This document shows positions 38,142 to 47,160 of a stretch of 64,000 bases of DNA, in pieces. Within the stretch, counting starts at the first letter, position 1. Each line of letters begins with the position of its first letter. A program made the translations under genes and the position numbers. This DNA is from an uncultured bacterium (GTDB taxonomy: Bacteria; UBP14; UBA6098; B30-G16): contig CBEVQY010000010.1 of the NCBI GenBank assembly GCA_965552135.1, positions 1-64,000 on the forward strand, read 5' to 3'. Below the pieces are notes generated by a model that was given only the letters and a program-made list of their open reading frames with translations, had not been told where the DNA came from and did not search any database.

Positions 38142-41100
38142 ATGAGACGGACAGGATTGGGTATGCTGTTGTTTGCTGCGTTTGTTCCTGTTGTGGCGCA
38201 GGGGATTTATATGTCCGTTCCGGTGCCTGGTAGCACGACGTCGGATGAGTATCAGAGCGTGGTTTTTACCTTCAGCAGTCCCAGCGAGGTTGATCCGTCC
38301 ACGATAGAGCTTTGGGTCGACGGCGTGATGTACACCACGTCTTCGCCCGAGCTTTCGTGGGCACCGGCGAACCTTTATTTCACGCCCAGCACGCCATTCG
38401 CAGAAGGCGAGGTTCGCTGCTCCCTTGCGGTCGTGCTCAACTGGGACGGCGATACGATCGAGGGGCTTCCTGTGGTCGGGTCGTTCTTCGTCGATCTCTC
38501 CGGACCGTACGTGATCGCAAGCGGGCTTTTGGGCGCAACAAGCACGCCGCTGCCAACAACCGTCACCAACGACTCCCAGGGCGGAGAGTGGTACATAGTG
38601 GACGACTACAGCGACATCGACCCCTTCAGCATCGTCGTTCAGGTCAACGGCGTTACCTACACGTATCCCTCGCCTGGGCTTTTGTGGGAGGATCACATCG
38701 TCTTTGCCACCGACACGATAATTGACTCCATAGTCGGCGCCGACACGTTCTATTCGTACATTGATCACTACGCCGACCGCATTGTGTTTGATCCCGTTGC
38801 TGCGGGTCTTGTTTGGGATAGCATGGACACCGTCAGCATGGCGCTTTTGCAGGTTCACGACACCCCGCAGTACGGCTCCAGCAACGACCTGCAGGAGAGC
38901 GTTTTGAATTCGTTCTACTTCTTCGTTGACTACCGTGGTCCGCGCGCCGAGATGATAAGCCCCACCACCTGGCGCGAGGAGGGTGTTATCCGCACATCCT
39001 GCGCCGACCAGCAGTTCGTCTTCGACGTCTACGATGAAAGCGGCGTCGACCTCGGAAGCGTTCAGGTTTCGGCGCGGGGAGTGGTGATAGGGTATTCCGC
39101 CTCCTACTTCGATGTCGAGACGCTTGAGGTCGATACGGTCTTCCACCTCTACGTTCCCGACACCGTTTTCCGCGTTTGGGCGGTTGATGTCGATTACGGT
39201 TGGGAGGCGCGCTGCAACATCGAGGAGACGTACACCGAAAGCACCCTGACTTGCTGGGCGGTTACTATATTTACGCCACTGCCGCCCGGGGAGGTCTACG
39301 AGACCGCGGACTACATGGGTCGCGAGGCGGCGAAGGAGGCTGCGTTCAACTACGCCGCCCTCGGGTATGATGCGCTCATCGAGCTTATCGTCCCCAACTG
39401 GGACGATTACACAAGCATCCTCGAGACCTACGGCTGCACCGAGGGCGAGAACGTCTACATCGTGGGCACCGATGCCCCAATGCCCGGAAGCTTTTTGTAC
39501 GATACGCTCGTTGTGGGCAGGGATGCCCTCAACTTGGTGGCGAACATGTACTACCCCGAGATGGGCTGGGGCATAGAGCCCGTTTTCGGCAGGGTTTCGC
39601 ATCCATTCTTCGCCGCGGTGCACTCCCTTGTGCCGACGAGGGTGAGGTTCACGTACACGCCGTACCCCGATATCTACGAGGGCGAGACGTTCCACCTCGA
39701 GCTTTTGGCTTGCAGCGACGTTTACGGCAATCCGCTTGAGGCTGGCGTTGACGTTTCGTGGGACGTTGTTGGCGACAGGAGCGCGCCGTATGTGGTCTCG
39801 CACACACCCGAGCACAACGCGATAATAACTGATCTTAACCAGCCCATCTCCGTTGTCCTTGCCGACGACTACGGCGCCGTCGACCCGCACACGATCCGAA
39901 TGCACATACAGACCTCGAGCGGCTTTGTGCACGATATCGATTCGCTCCCGCTGCCGCCCTGGCCTAGTTACTACATCTGGGACAGGGAGACCGGTACTTT
40001 CACGTTCGATCCGCAGATCTTCGGCACGTCGTGGAACCAGGGCGATACGGTAACCGTTATATTCTACGACGTTGCCGACTCCATCGATTTCTGCGGCTCC
40101 AACCAGTTCGCCCACGAGCACCCGTTCGTTGCCTGGACTTTCTACATCGTCGACGGACCATACCTGACCGACTACTTCCCCACGAACGGAAGCTTCGTTG
40201 CCTGTCCCACCCAGCCTGTGGGCTTCACGCTCTACGATCCGGACGGGATCGACCCGAGCACGGTGATATTCGAGATAGAGGGGCAGCAGTACGATATAAC
40301 GACTGAGGACACCTCCGTTGTCTGCCACTGGGTTCACACCGACTCCGACTCGTTCCTGGTGGGCTGCGACACGATAATCTACGATCCTCTGCAGTACCTT
40401 GGCGGCGGTGCGTTCCAGTTCGTGCCGCCTCAGGATTTGGTTGAGGACGGTCGTCAGATAGACTGCCGCATCGTTCAGGCGCAGGATTCCCTCGGCAACT
40501 CGATGTGGTATGTGGGAGACTTTTCGTGGTACTACATCTACGACTTCACCGGTCCGGTTTACTATGATCCTCAGCCGGAGCCCGGCGGCTATGCGTCCGG
40601 CGACTCCCTCGTTATCTCCATCGCTCTTGACGATTCTGTCAGCGGCAGAATCGACCCGACGAGGCTTTACTTCTCCATCGGCGGCTCCTACTTTGGTCCC
40701 GTTACGCACCCCGAGTACTGCTGGTGGGACGGCGAGAGGTTCTACCTCGACTTCGGCATAGCTGGCACGACGTTCCCCGACGGCGAGGAGATAACGGTTT
40801 GCCTTGCCTCGGCGTACGATGGTCCCGACTACATCTGCGGCGCCAACCCCAACCCTGCCGAGGGCTTGCCCTACTGCTGGAGCTTCACCGTCGACAACAG
40901 GCCGCCGGAGATAACGCTGCTTGAGCCTGCGGTTGGGTCGCACACCGCCTGCGCTACGCAGCCTGTGAAGATCCTGCTTGCCGATAACCTCGGCGTTGAT
41001 CCCGAAAGCCCGGTTATGGTCGTTGAGGGCGTGATCTACACCATGTCTTCGCCCGAGCTTGAGCTTGTGGGCGATACGTTGGTGTTCACGCCTTCGACGC

Positions 41101-43148
41101 CGTGGGTTGACGGTCAGGTTGTGGACTTTTCGCTTGCGCAGGTTTCGGACGTTGCGGGGAACGCCCTTTCGGGAAGCCCGCTTATATCGCAGTTTGTTGT
41201 TGATCTTTCGGCGCCCGCTGTTTACAGCACAACGCCCGCCGACGGCGAGGTCGTCGGAACGGCGCTGCCGGAGATCTCCGTCACCGTCGACGACCCCTCC
41301 GGCATAACCCCCGAGACGGCGCAGATGACGATAACGGTGGTGCCGTACACCGACACAACCGAAACGACTACATATGCGTTCGCCTTCGACGACAGCCTCT
41401 TCAGCTTCACAAGCAGCGGCGAGCTTTACACGGTGGGTCTTGATCTTGCGCTTGCTGGTGTAGATCTTCCCGCGCGCGGCGCCGACGTTGCGGTCAGATT
41501 CGTCATCCAGGATGCGCCCGACTACGCATGCTTCGCCGCACCCGACGTCTACGGAAACGAGCTTGACTACACCTTCTCCTTCTCCATAACCCCTGGCTGG
41601 CGGCTCCCGCTTATGATGGTTCCGACGGTTTTGGTGTACGATTCGACCGGCACGCCCATCGAGGCTTCGGGCGATACCGTAGTCCTTGTGATGGGTGCGG
41701 CGTTCGGCGCAACGGACGGCTACGACGAGGGTATAGACGAGCTTGCGCCTCCGTTCCCGCCGGATACGGCCGGGCTTACCGTTATCCCGCCGTCGTTTTT
41801 GCTCGACACCCTTAGGCTTGTTGTCGACCTCAAGTCCCTCGAGAGCGAATCGCCGACGTGGATGATCTGGACCGGAACGACCCAGGGAACGCTTTGGTGG
41901 GATACGGCGGGTCTGCCCGACTACGGATCCTTCGTCATAAACGGCTACCTCGATATGCGGAGCACCAACTTCTTCGCCTACGATCCCGGCGAGGCGATCT
42001 ACATCAACTTCTCGCCCGAGCTCATCACGCTTTACGCCGGTTGGAACCTCGTCAGCGTTCCCGTTCAGCCCGACGACCCAACCCCGACGTCGGTCTTCCC
42101 CGTCCCTGCATACAACATATTCTGGTACAACCCGTGGTCGATGGGCTTCGAGCACCCCGTGGCGATCTACCCGGGCTATGCGTACTTCGTGCTCTACGCG
42201 CCCGAGCCGGGCGAGCCTGATCACATTTCGTTCTCCGTGCCCGGCGAGCCCGTTTACAGCTTCGCCGTGACGATGCCCGTCGGCTGGAACACCATCGGCT
42301 CGGTGTACGACTTCGGCGGCGTTCCCGTGTCGAGCATCACGACGGTTCCCACGGGCGGTGTTTGGGGCAGCGGCGTTTACGGATACGACGCCACCGCCGG
42401 CGCCTATTACTACTCGTCATCGATATATCCCGGGCTGGGTTACTGGATTTACATAGATCTCCCTGCTCCGTATACCACCTGCGTTTGCTCCGTTTCGGCT
42501 TCTTGGATGAGGGAGAGCGCTTCGGCGAAGGACGGCTTTGACCCCGAGGAGGTCGCCCATCTTGTCGTCGACGGTACGGAGCTTGTTCTGGCGAGGCAGT
42601 CCGACGCCACCTGCGGCGCTGATCCTGATCTCGACAGGCTCATGCCGCCCGCCATGCCCGGACAGAGCGTTTCGGCATACCTCCTTTGCGACGGCAAGAG
42701 GCTTTCCCGCGACGTCCGCCCCGACGGCAACTGGACGCTCGTCCTCACGCAGAACGCCACGCTCTCTGTCGACAGACCAATAACCGTCAACGGTTACGTT
42801 GTGGACGGCTCGGTCGAGCTTGAGGCGGGGGTGTATAAACTCGCCTTTGCGGACAGGCGCTTCGTTCCCAGCAGGCTGGCGCTGTACCAGAACAATCCGA
42901 ATCCGTTCAACCCCACGACCGACATAACCTTCGACCTGCCTCACCGTGCCGAGGTCAAGCTCGAGGTTTACAACATGCTCGGGCAGCGGGTTCGCACCCT
43001 CGTATCCGGGGAGCTTGCCGCAGGCAGGTACACCGTCCGCTGGGACGGCACGGACGAAAGCGGAAGGGAGCTCGTAAGCGGCGTGTACTTCTACAGGCTC
43101 ACCACCGGCGGTGAGACTCTCACGAAGCGGATGGTTCTCCTGAGGTAG
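38142..43148 (+). CDS. large (1668 aa) Ig-like repeat surface protein with T9SS type A/FlgD-like C-terminal domain
   Basis: Signal ending PVVA|Q, four A/B repeat pairs, GWNLVSVP/GWNTIGS domains, CTD QNNPNPFNPTT...YNMLGQRVRTLV...WDGTD...SGVYFYRL...KRMVLLR. Confidence 0.88.
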   Translation: MRRTGLGMLLFAAFVPVVAQGIYMSVPVPGSTTSDEYQSVVFTFSSPSEVDPSTIELWVDGVMYTTSSPELSWAPANLYFTPSTPFAEGEVRCSLAVVLNWDGDTIEGLPVVGSFFVDLSGPYVIASGLLGATSTPLPTTVTNDSQGGEWYIVDDYSDIDPFSIVVQVNGVTYTYPSPGLLWEDHIVFATDTIIDSIVGADTFYSYIDHYADRIVFDPVAAGLVWDSMDTVSMALLQVHDTPQYGSSNDLQESVLNSFYFFVDYRGPRAEMISPTTWREEGVIRTSCADQQFVFDVYDESGVDLGSVQVSARGVVIGYSASYFDVETLEVDTVFHLYVPDTVFRVWAVDVDYGWEARCNIEETYTESTLTCWAVTIFTPLPPGEVYETADYMGREAAKEAAFNYAALGYDALIELIVPNWDDYTSILETYGCTEGENVYIVGTDAPMPGSFLYDTLVVGRDALNLVANMYYPEMGWGIEPVFGRVSHPFFAAVHSLVPTRVRFTYTPYPDIYEGETFHLELLACSDVYGNPLEAGVDVSWDVVGDRSAPYVVSHTPEHNAIITDLNQPISVVLADDYGAVDPHTIRMHIQTSSGFVHDIDSLPLPPWPSYYIWDRETGTFTFDPQIFGTSWNQGDTVTVIFYDVADSIDFCGSNQFAHEHPFVAWTFYIVDGPYLTDYFPTNGSFVACPTQPVGFTLYDPDGIDPSTVIFEIEGQQYDITTEDTSVVCHWVHTDSDSFLVGCDTIIYDPLQYLGGGAFQFVPPQDLVEDGRQIDCRIVQAQDSLGNSMWYVGDFSWYYIYDFTGPVYYDPQPEPGGYASGDSLVISIALDDSVSGRIDPTRLYFSIGGSYFGPVTHPEYCWWDGERFYLDFGIAGTTFPDGEEITVCLASAYDGPDYICGANPNPAEGLPYCWSFTVDNRPPEITLLEPAVGSHTACATQPVKILLADNLGVDPESPVMVVEGVIYTMSSPELELVGDTLVFTPSTPWVDGQVVDFSLAQVSDVAGNALSGSPLISQFVVDLSAPAVYSTTPADGEVVGTALPEISVTVDDPSGITPETAQMTITVVPYTDTTETTTYAFAFDDSLFSFTSSGELYTVGLDLALAGVDLPARGADVAVRFVIQDAPDYACFAAPDVYGNELDYTFSFSITPGWRLPLMMVPTVLVYDSTGTPIEASGDTVVLVMGAAFGATDGYDEGIDELAPPFPPDTAGLTVIPPSFLLDTLRLVVDLKSLESESPTWMIWTGTTQGTLWWDTAGLPDYGSFVINGYLDMRSTNFFAYDPGEAIYINFSPELITLYAGWNLVSVPVQPDDPTPTSVFPVPAYNIFWYNPWSMGFEHPVAIYPGYAYFVLYAPEPGEPDHISFSVPGEPVYSFAVTMPVGWNTIGSVYDFGGVPVSSITTVPTGGVWGSGVYGYDATAGAYYYSSSIYPGLGYWIYIDLPAPYTTCVCSVSASWMRESASAKDGFDPEEVAHLVVDGTELVLARQSDATCGADPDLDRLMPPAMPGQSVSAYLLCDGKRLSRDVRPDGNWTLVLTQNATLSVDRPITVNGYVVDGSVELEAGVYKLAFADRRFVPSRLALYQNNPNPFNPTTDITFDLPHRAEVKLEVYNMLGQRVRTLVSGELAAGRYTVRWDGTDESGRELVSGVYFYRLTTGGETLTKRMVLLR

Positions 43149-43175
43149 CCTGCGTGCCTCGGGTTCGGATGGTTG

Positions 43176-43204
43176 GGCGCCCCGCGCTGGCGGGGCGCTT
43201 TTTA
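43176..43204 (+). terminator. intrinsic terminator
   Basis: GCGCCCCGC-gctg-GCGGGGCGC followed by TTTTT. Confidence 0.8.
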
Positions 43205-43292
43205 TCTGGAGGCTTCTGGCGCGCCCCTCTTTGGGCTTAGCGCGCCTTGCGGCAAACGCTTCGCGCGACTCGTCTGCGCTCAGGCGGAGGTC

Positions 43293-43877
43293 CTATCGTC
43301 GGTAGAGCCCCTCCCTCTCTATAAAGAGCCTTACGGCTTCAGGAACCATGTACCTTATCGATTTTCCTTCGCGGACCCTTTGTCTGATCGCGGTCGACGA
43401 GATGTCCACAAGCGGGCTTTCGATCACCTGCGAGGCCTTTAGGGCGTCGGGGTGTGCGCGCGTGAGGTCGAATCCGGGGCGGGGGAGGACGATTACCTGG
43501 CATTTGCGCAGAAGCTGTTGCCACCTGTGCCACGTCGTTATCTCGACGAGCGAGTCGCCGCCTATTATGAGGGCGAACTCGTGCTGCGGGAACTTGCGCT
43601 GCAGGTCGTCGATGAGGTCGATGGTGAAGGATGGTCGTCTGTTGTGGGTGATGTCGGCGTCGGAGGGTACGATCTTCGCGTCGCCTGCGCAGGCAAGCTC
43701 CACCATCCTGTAGCGCGTTGCGGCGTCGGTTACGGGGTAGTTGGTTTTGTGGGGTGGCTGAAGCGCCGGCACAAGCCAAACCTGATCAAGCCCCGCTTCG
43801 TCGCGAACGAACTCCGCCAGAAGCAGGTGCCCCCAGTGCGGGGGATCGAACGTGCCGCCGAAAATCCCTACGCGCAT
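43293..43877 (-). CDS. nadD: nicotinate-nucleotide adenylyltransferase
   Basis: GIFGGTFDPPHWGH, PPHK, IIGGDS and ISSTAIR motifs. Confidence 0.95.
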   Translation of the reverse strand: MRVGIFGGTFDPPHWGHLLLAEFVRDEAGLDQVWLVPALQPPHKTNYPVTDAATRYRMVELACAGDAKIVPSDADITHNRRPSFTIDLIDDLQRKFPQHEFALIIGGDSLVEITTWHRWQQLLRKCQVIVLPRPGFDLTRAHPDALKASQVIESPLVDISSTAIRQRVREGKSIRYMVPEAVRLFIEREGLYRR

Positions 43878-43886
43878 AAAGCCACC

Positions 43887-45272
43887 TCACGGAAAAACTT
43901 TGTCTGGATTCATCAAACCCGCGGGGTCTATGGCGTCCTTCAGGGCTTTCATCTTCTCGAGCGCGTACCGGCTCCTGCAGAGGTGTATGTATTCGCGCTT
44001 GAGGTAACCTATTCCGTGCTCGCCGGTTATCGTTCCCCCGAGCTCGACCGCAAGGCGAAGTATCTTTGGAACTATGGTCCTTTTGGCTTCTTCCCACTGC
44101 GCCCTATCCATTTGGTCGCGCAGGAGGTCTACGTGGATGTTTCCGTCGCCTACGTGCCCGAACGCGACGATGCACGTCCCGCTTTCGTGCGCGATCCTCT
44201 TTATCCCGTCGATGAGCTTTGGCACCTGCGTTGGGGGCACGGCTACGTCCTCTGCCACGATGTCGGGTGATCTGCTTCGCAGCGCCTCGCGGATGCCACG
44301 CCTCGCCTTCCACAAAAACTCCCTGTTCGTCCGCATGTTCGCCACCAAGACGTCCTTCGCGCCGCAGGAGAGGAGATGCTCGCCAACCTTCACGAAGTCG
44401 TCGTCGACCTGCTCCACATCGCCGTCGATGGAGACGATAAGCTGATTCGTCCCCGAGAGGGGCAGCCTTTTGCCACTAAACTTCTCGACGATGTCCACCA
44501 CCTCGCTTTCGACAAGCTCCATTGCGGCGGGCATAACGCCCGTTGCGCTCACGATGGATAAAGCTGCCTCTGCCGCGTCGCCAACGCTCGAGAATCCCGC
44601 AAGGAGGTCGACCACCGCCGCAGGCTTCGGAAGGAGCCTGACCATAACCTCAGTTATGATCCCCAGTGTTCCCTCACTTCCGACGAAGAGCGAGAGGATG
44701 TCGTATCCGGCGACGTCTTTTATCATTTTTCCGCCGAGGCGTAAAAGCCTCCCCGGCGGGACGACGACCTCAAGCCCTTGGACGAACTTCTTCGTCGTTC
44801 CGTACTTGAACGCCCTCATCCCCCCGGCGTTGGTTGCGGCGTTTCCGCCGATGGAGCACGAGTCTACGCTGGCGGGATCGGGCGGGTAGTACAGACCCTC
44901 CCTCTCCACGGCGTCTTGCAGGTTGGCGGTTATGGTTCCGGGGAGTGCGCGGGCGAGCAGATTTTTGCGGTCGATTTCAACGATTCCCTTCATCTTCTCG
45001 AGCGAGAGCACAAGCCCGCCCCTGACGGGCACCGCGCCCCCGGCGACCCCTGTGCCGGCACCGCGGGGCGTTATGGGAACGAAGTGCTCGTAGCAGGCGC
45101 GCACAGCCGCCTCAACCTGCCCCGAGGACGTGGGCGTCACGACGAGGTCGGGCATGGCGGAAAGCTCGGGCGATTCGTCGCGGGAGTACGCCTCAAGCTT
45201 CTCCGGGTCGGTGATGACGTTCTCCTCGCCAACGGCTCGCACAAGCGCCGATATAAGCCTTTCGCTTGCCAT
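43887..45272 (-). CDS. FAD-linked oxidase (GlcD/D-lactate dehydrogenase-like)
   Basis: PRGAGTG, YPPDPAS, IGGNAATNAGG, GSEGTLG, GHVGDGNIH and GEHGIG motifs. Confidence 0.9.
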   Translation of the reverse strand: MASERLISALVRAVGEENVITDPEKLEAYSRDESPELSAMPDLVVTPTSSGQVEAAVRACYEHFVPITPRGAGTGVAGGAVPVRGGLVLSLEKMKGIVEIDRKNLLARALPGTITANLQDAVEREGLYYPPDPASVDSCSIGGNAATNAGGMRAFKYGTTKKFVQGLEVVVPPGRLLRLGGKMIKDVAGYDILSLFVGSEGTLGIITEVMVRLLPKPAAVVDLLAGFSSVGDAAEAALSIVSATGVMPAAMELVESEVVDIVEKFSGKRLPLSGTNQLIVSIDGDVEQVDDDFVKVGEHLLSCGAKDVLVANMRTNREFLWKARRGIREALRSRSPDIVAEDVAVPPTQVPKLIDGIKRIAHESGTCIVAFGHVGDGNIHVDLLRDQMDRAQWEEAKRTIVPKILRLAVELGGTITGEHGIGYLKREYIHLCRSRYALEKMKALKDAIDPAGLMNPDKVFP

Positions 45273-45333
45273 CGTGTTGAAATCTTGAGCGCGGGCGCTT
45301 TGCTGTCAACGGGATTTTAGCCCTCCTTTTTTG

Positions 45334-45362
45334 TTGTCGAAGGGCGGGTTGGCGATTATAAT
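45334..45362 (+). promoter_or_regulatory. sigma70-type promoter of aspS
   Basis: TTGTCG-N17-TATAAT. Confidence 0.6.
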
Positions 45363-45390
45363 CTGTTGGGTTTTCGCGGAGGTTTTGGCG

Positions 45391-47160
45391 ATGAAGCGCA
45401 CCCACACCTGCGGAGAGCTTCGCGCCCAGCACGCGGGGATGCAGGTCAGACTTGCGGGCTGGGTTCAGCACATAAGGAATTTCGGAGGCGTTTTGTTCGT
45501 CGTTCTGCGCGACAGATACGGCGAGGTTCAGGTCACCTTCAGACCCAGCTCGGGCGAGCTTTTTGAGCGCGCGTCGGATCTGCACCTCCAAGACACAGTG
45601 TCCGTTTTGGGCACCGTTGTGATGCGTCCGCCGGAGGCTCGCAACCCGCAGATGCCCACGGGGGAAATAGAGGTCGTTGCGGAGGAGCTTGAGGTTTTCT
45701 CCCGCGCTGCGCCTCTGCCTTTCCCCATCGAGGACGAGATAAACGCGACGGAGGAGACGAGGCTCAAGTACCGCTATCTCGACCTTCGCCGCCCGCGGAT
45801 GCAGCGCAACATAATCCTGCGGCACAAGGCGGCTCAGGCAACGAGGGAGTTTTTGAACTCCGAGGGTTTTGTTGAGATCGAGACTCCCTGTCTTGTTCGC
45901 AGCACGCCCGAGGGCGCAAGGGACTTCCTCGTCCCCAGCCGGAAGTGGCGCGGGAAGTTCTACGCGCTGCCGCAGTCGCCTCAGCTTTACAAGCAAACCC
46001 TTATGGTGAGCGGCTTCGACAGATACTACTCCCTTGCCCGCTGTTTCCGCGACGAGGACCTCCGCGCCGACAGACAGCCCGAGTTCACCCAGATCGACAT
46101 CGAGATGTCCTTTGTCGACCCCGAGGACGTTATGGATCTTTCCGAGCGGCTTTTGGCGCACGTTATCCTCAAGACGACGGGTGAGGTGCTGCCCCTGCCT
46201 TTGCCCAGGATGAGCTACGACGAAGCCCTGCTCCGCTTCGGAACCGACAAGCCCGACCTGCGCATCCCGCTTGAGGTAGTCGATGTGACGGGGGCTGCCC
46301 GCGACTGTGGTTTCGGCGTTTTCGAGAAGGCTGTGTCTGCGGGGAAGGTCGTTCGTGTGCTTCCCGTTCCCGGCGCGGCTTCCCTCTCGCGAAAGCGCGT
46401 CGACGAGCTTGCAAGGCTTGCAAAGGAGTGGGGAGCCGGCGGTCTTGCCGTCGCGAAGTTCACCGAGACGGGCTTCGAGGGCGGCGTGTCGAAGTTCTTA
46501 AGCGATGGCTTCAAAGAAGCGCTTCGCGAGGCTCTTGGCGAGAGACTTGAGCCGGGTTCGATGCTTTTCTTCGTTGCCGATGAGCCGCAGATAGCTGCCA
46601 AGGTGCTTGGCAACCTGAGGGGAATGCTCGCAGCGGAGTTCGGACTCGTCGACGACTCCTCACACAAAGCCCTTTGGATAGTCGACTTCCCGCTGTTCGA
46701 GCCAAGCGATGATTCACCGACCGGGATAACACCATCGCACCATCCGTTCACGGCGCCCGTGGAGGAGGATATCCCCCTTCTTGAGAGCGACCCTCTCGCC
46801 GTGCGCGCAAACGCCTACGACCTCGTCCTCGACGGATACGAAATAGCGGGAGGCTCGATAAGGATACACGATCCCGAGCTGCAGAAGAAGGTATTTTCGC
46901 TTTTGGGCATAACGCCCGAGGATGCGGAGAGGAAGTTTGGCTTTTTGCTCGAGGCATTTCGCTACGGGGTTCCGCCGCACGGCGGCATCGCATTCGGCTT
47001 CGACAGGCTGGTGATGATACTGGCGGGCGAGGATTCGATCCGCAACGTCATCGCCTTCCCCAAGACTACCGCAGCCCAGTCGCTTATGGACGGCGCTCCT
47101 GCAGAGGTAGATCCAAAGCAGCTTGAGGAGCTCGGGATCATCGTCGTGCGGGAGGACTGA
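45391..47160 (+). CDS. aspS: aspartate--tRNA ligase
   Basis: MKRTHTCGELR, RLKYRYLDLRR, TPEGARDF, PQSPQ, CFRDEDLRADRQPEFTQ and PPHGGIAFGFDR motifs. Confidence 0.97.
   Translation: MKRTHTCGELRAQHAGMQVRLAGWVQHIRNFGGVLFVVLRDRYGEVQVTFRPSSGELFERASDLHLQDTVSVLGTVVMRPPEARNPQMPTGEIEVVAEELEVFSRAAPLPFPIEDEINATEETRLKYRYLDLRRPRMQRNIILRHKAAQATREFLNSEGFVEIETPCLVRSTPEGARDFLVPSRKWRGKFYALPQSPQLYKQTLMVSGFDRYYSLARCFRDEDLRADRQPEFTQIDIEMSFVDPEDVMDLSERLLAHVILKTTGEVLPLPLPRMSYDEALLRFGTDKPDLRIPLEVVDVTGAARDCGFGVFEKAVSAGKVVRVLPVPGAASLSRKRVDELARLAKEWGAGGLAVAKFTETGFEGGVSKFLSDGFKEALREALGERLEPGSMLFFVADEPQIAAKVLGNLRGMLAAEFGLVDDSSHKALWIVDFPLFEPSDDSPTGITPSHHPFTAPVEEDIPLLESDPLAVRANAYDLVLDGYEIAGGSIRIHDPELQKKVFSLLGITPEDAERKFGFLLEAFRYGVPPHGGIAFGFDRLVMILAGEDSIRNVIAFPKTTAAQSLMDGAPAEVDPKQLEELGIIVVRED

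Noticed and set aside
37866..42224. 1452-aa antisense ORF
   Set aside because: Shadow of CDS 38142 that also runs through the tRNA-Gln gene.
37878..43204. Genomic island integrated at tRNA-Gln (or tRNA-Val)
   Set aside because: No integrase, no duplicated tRNA 3' end seen, and no obvious compositional shift.
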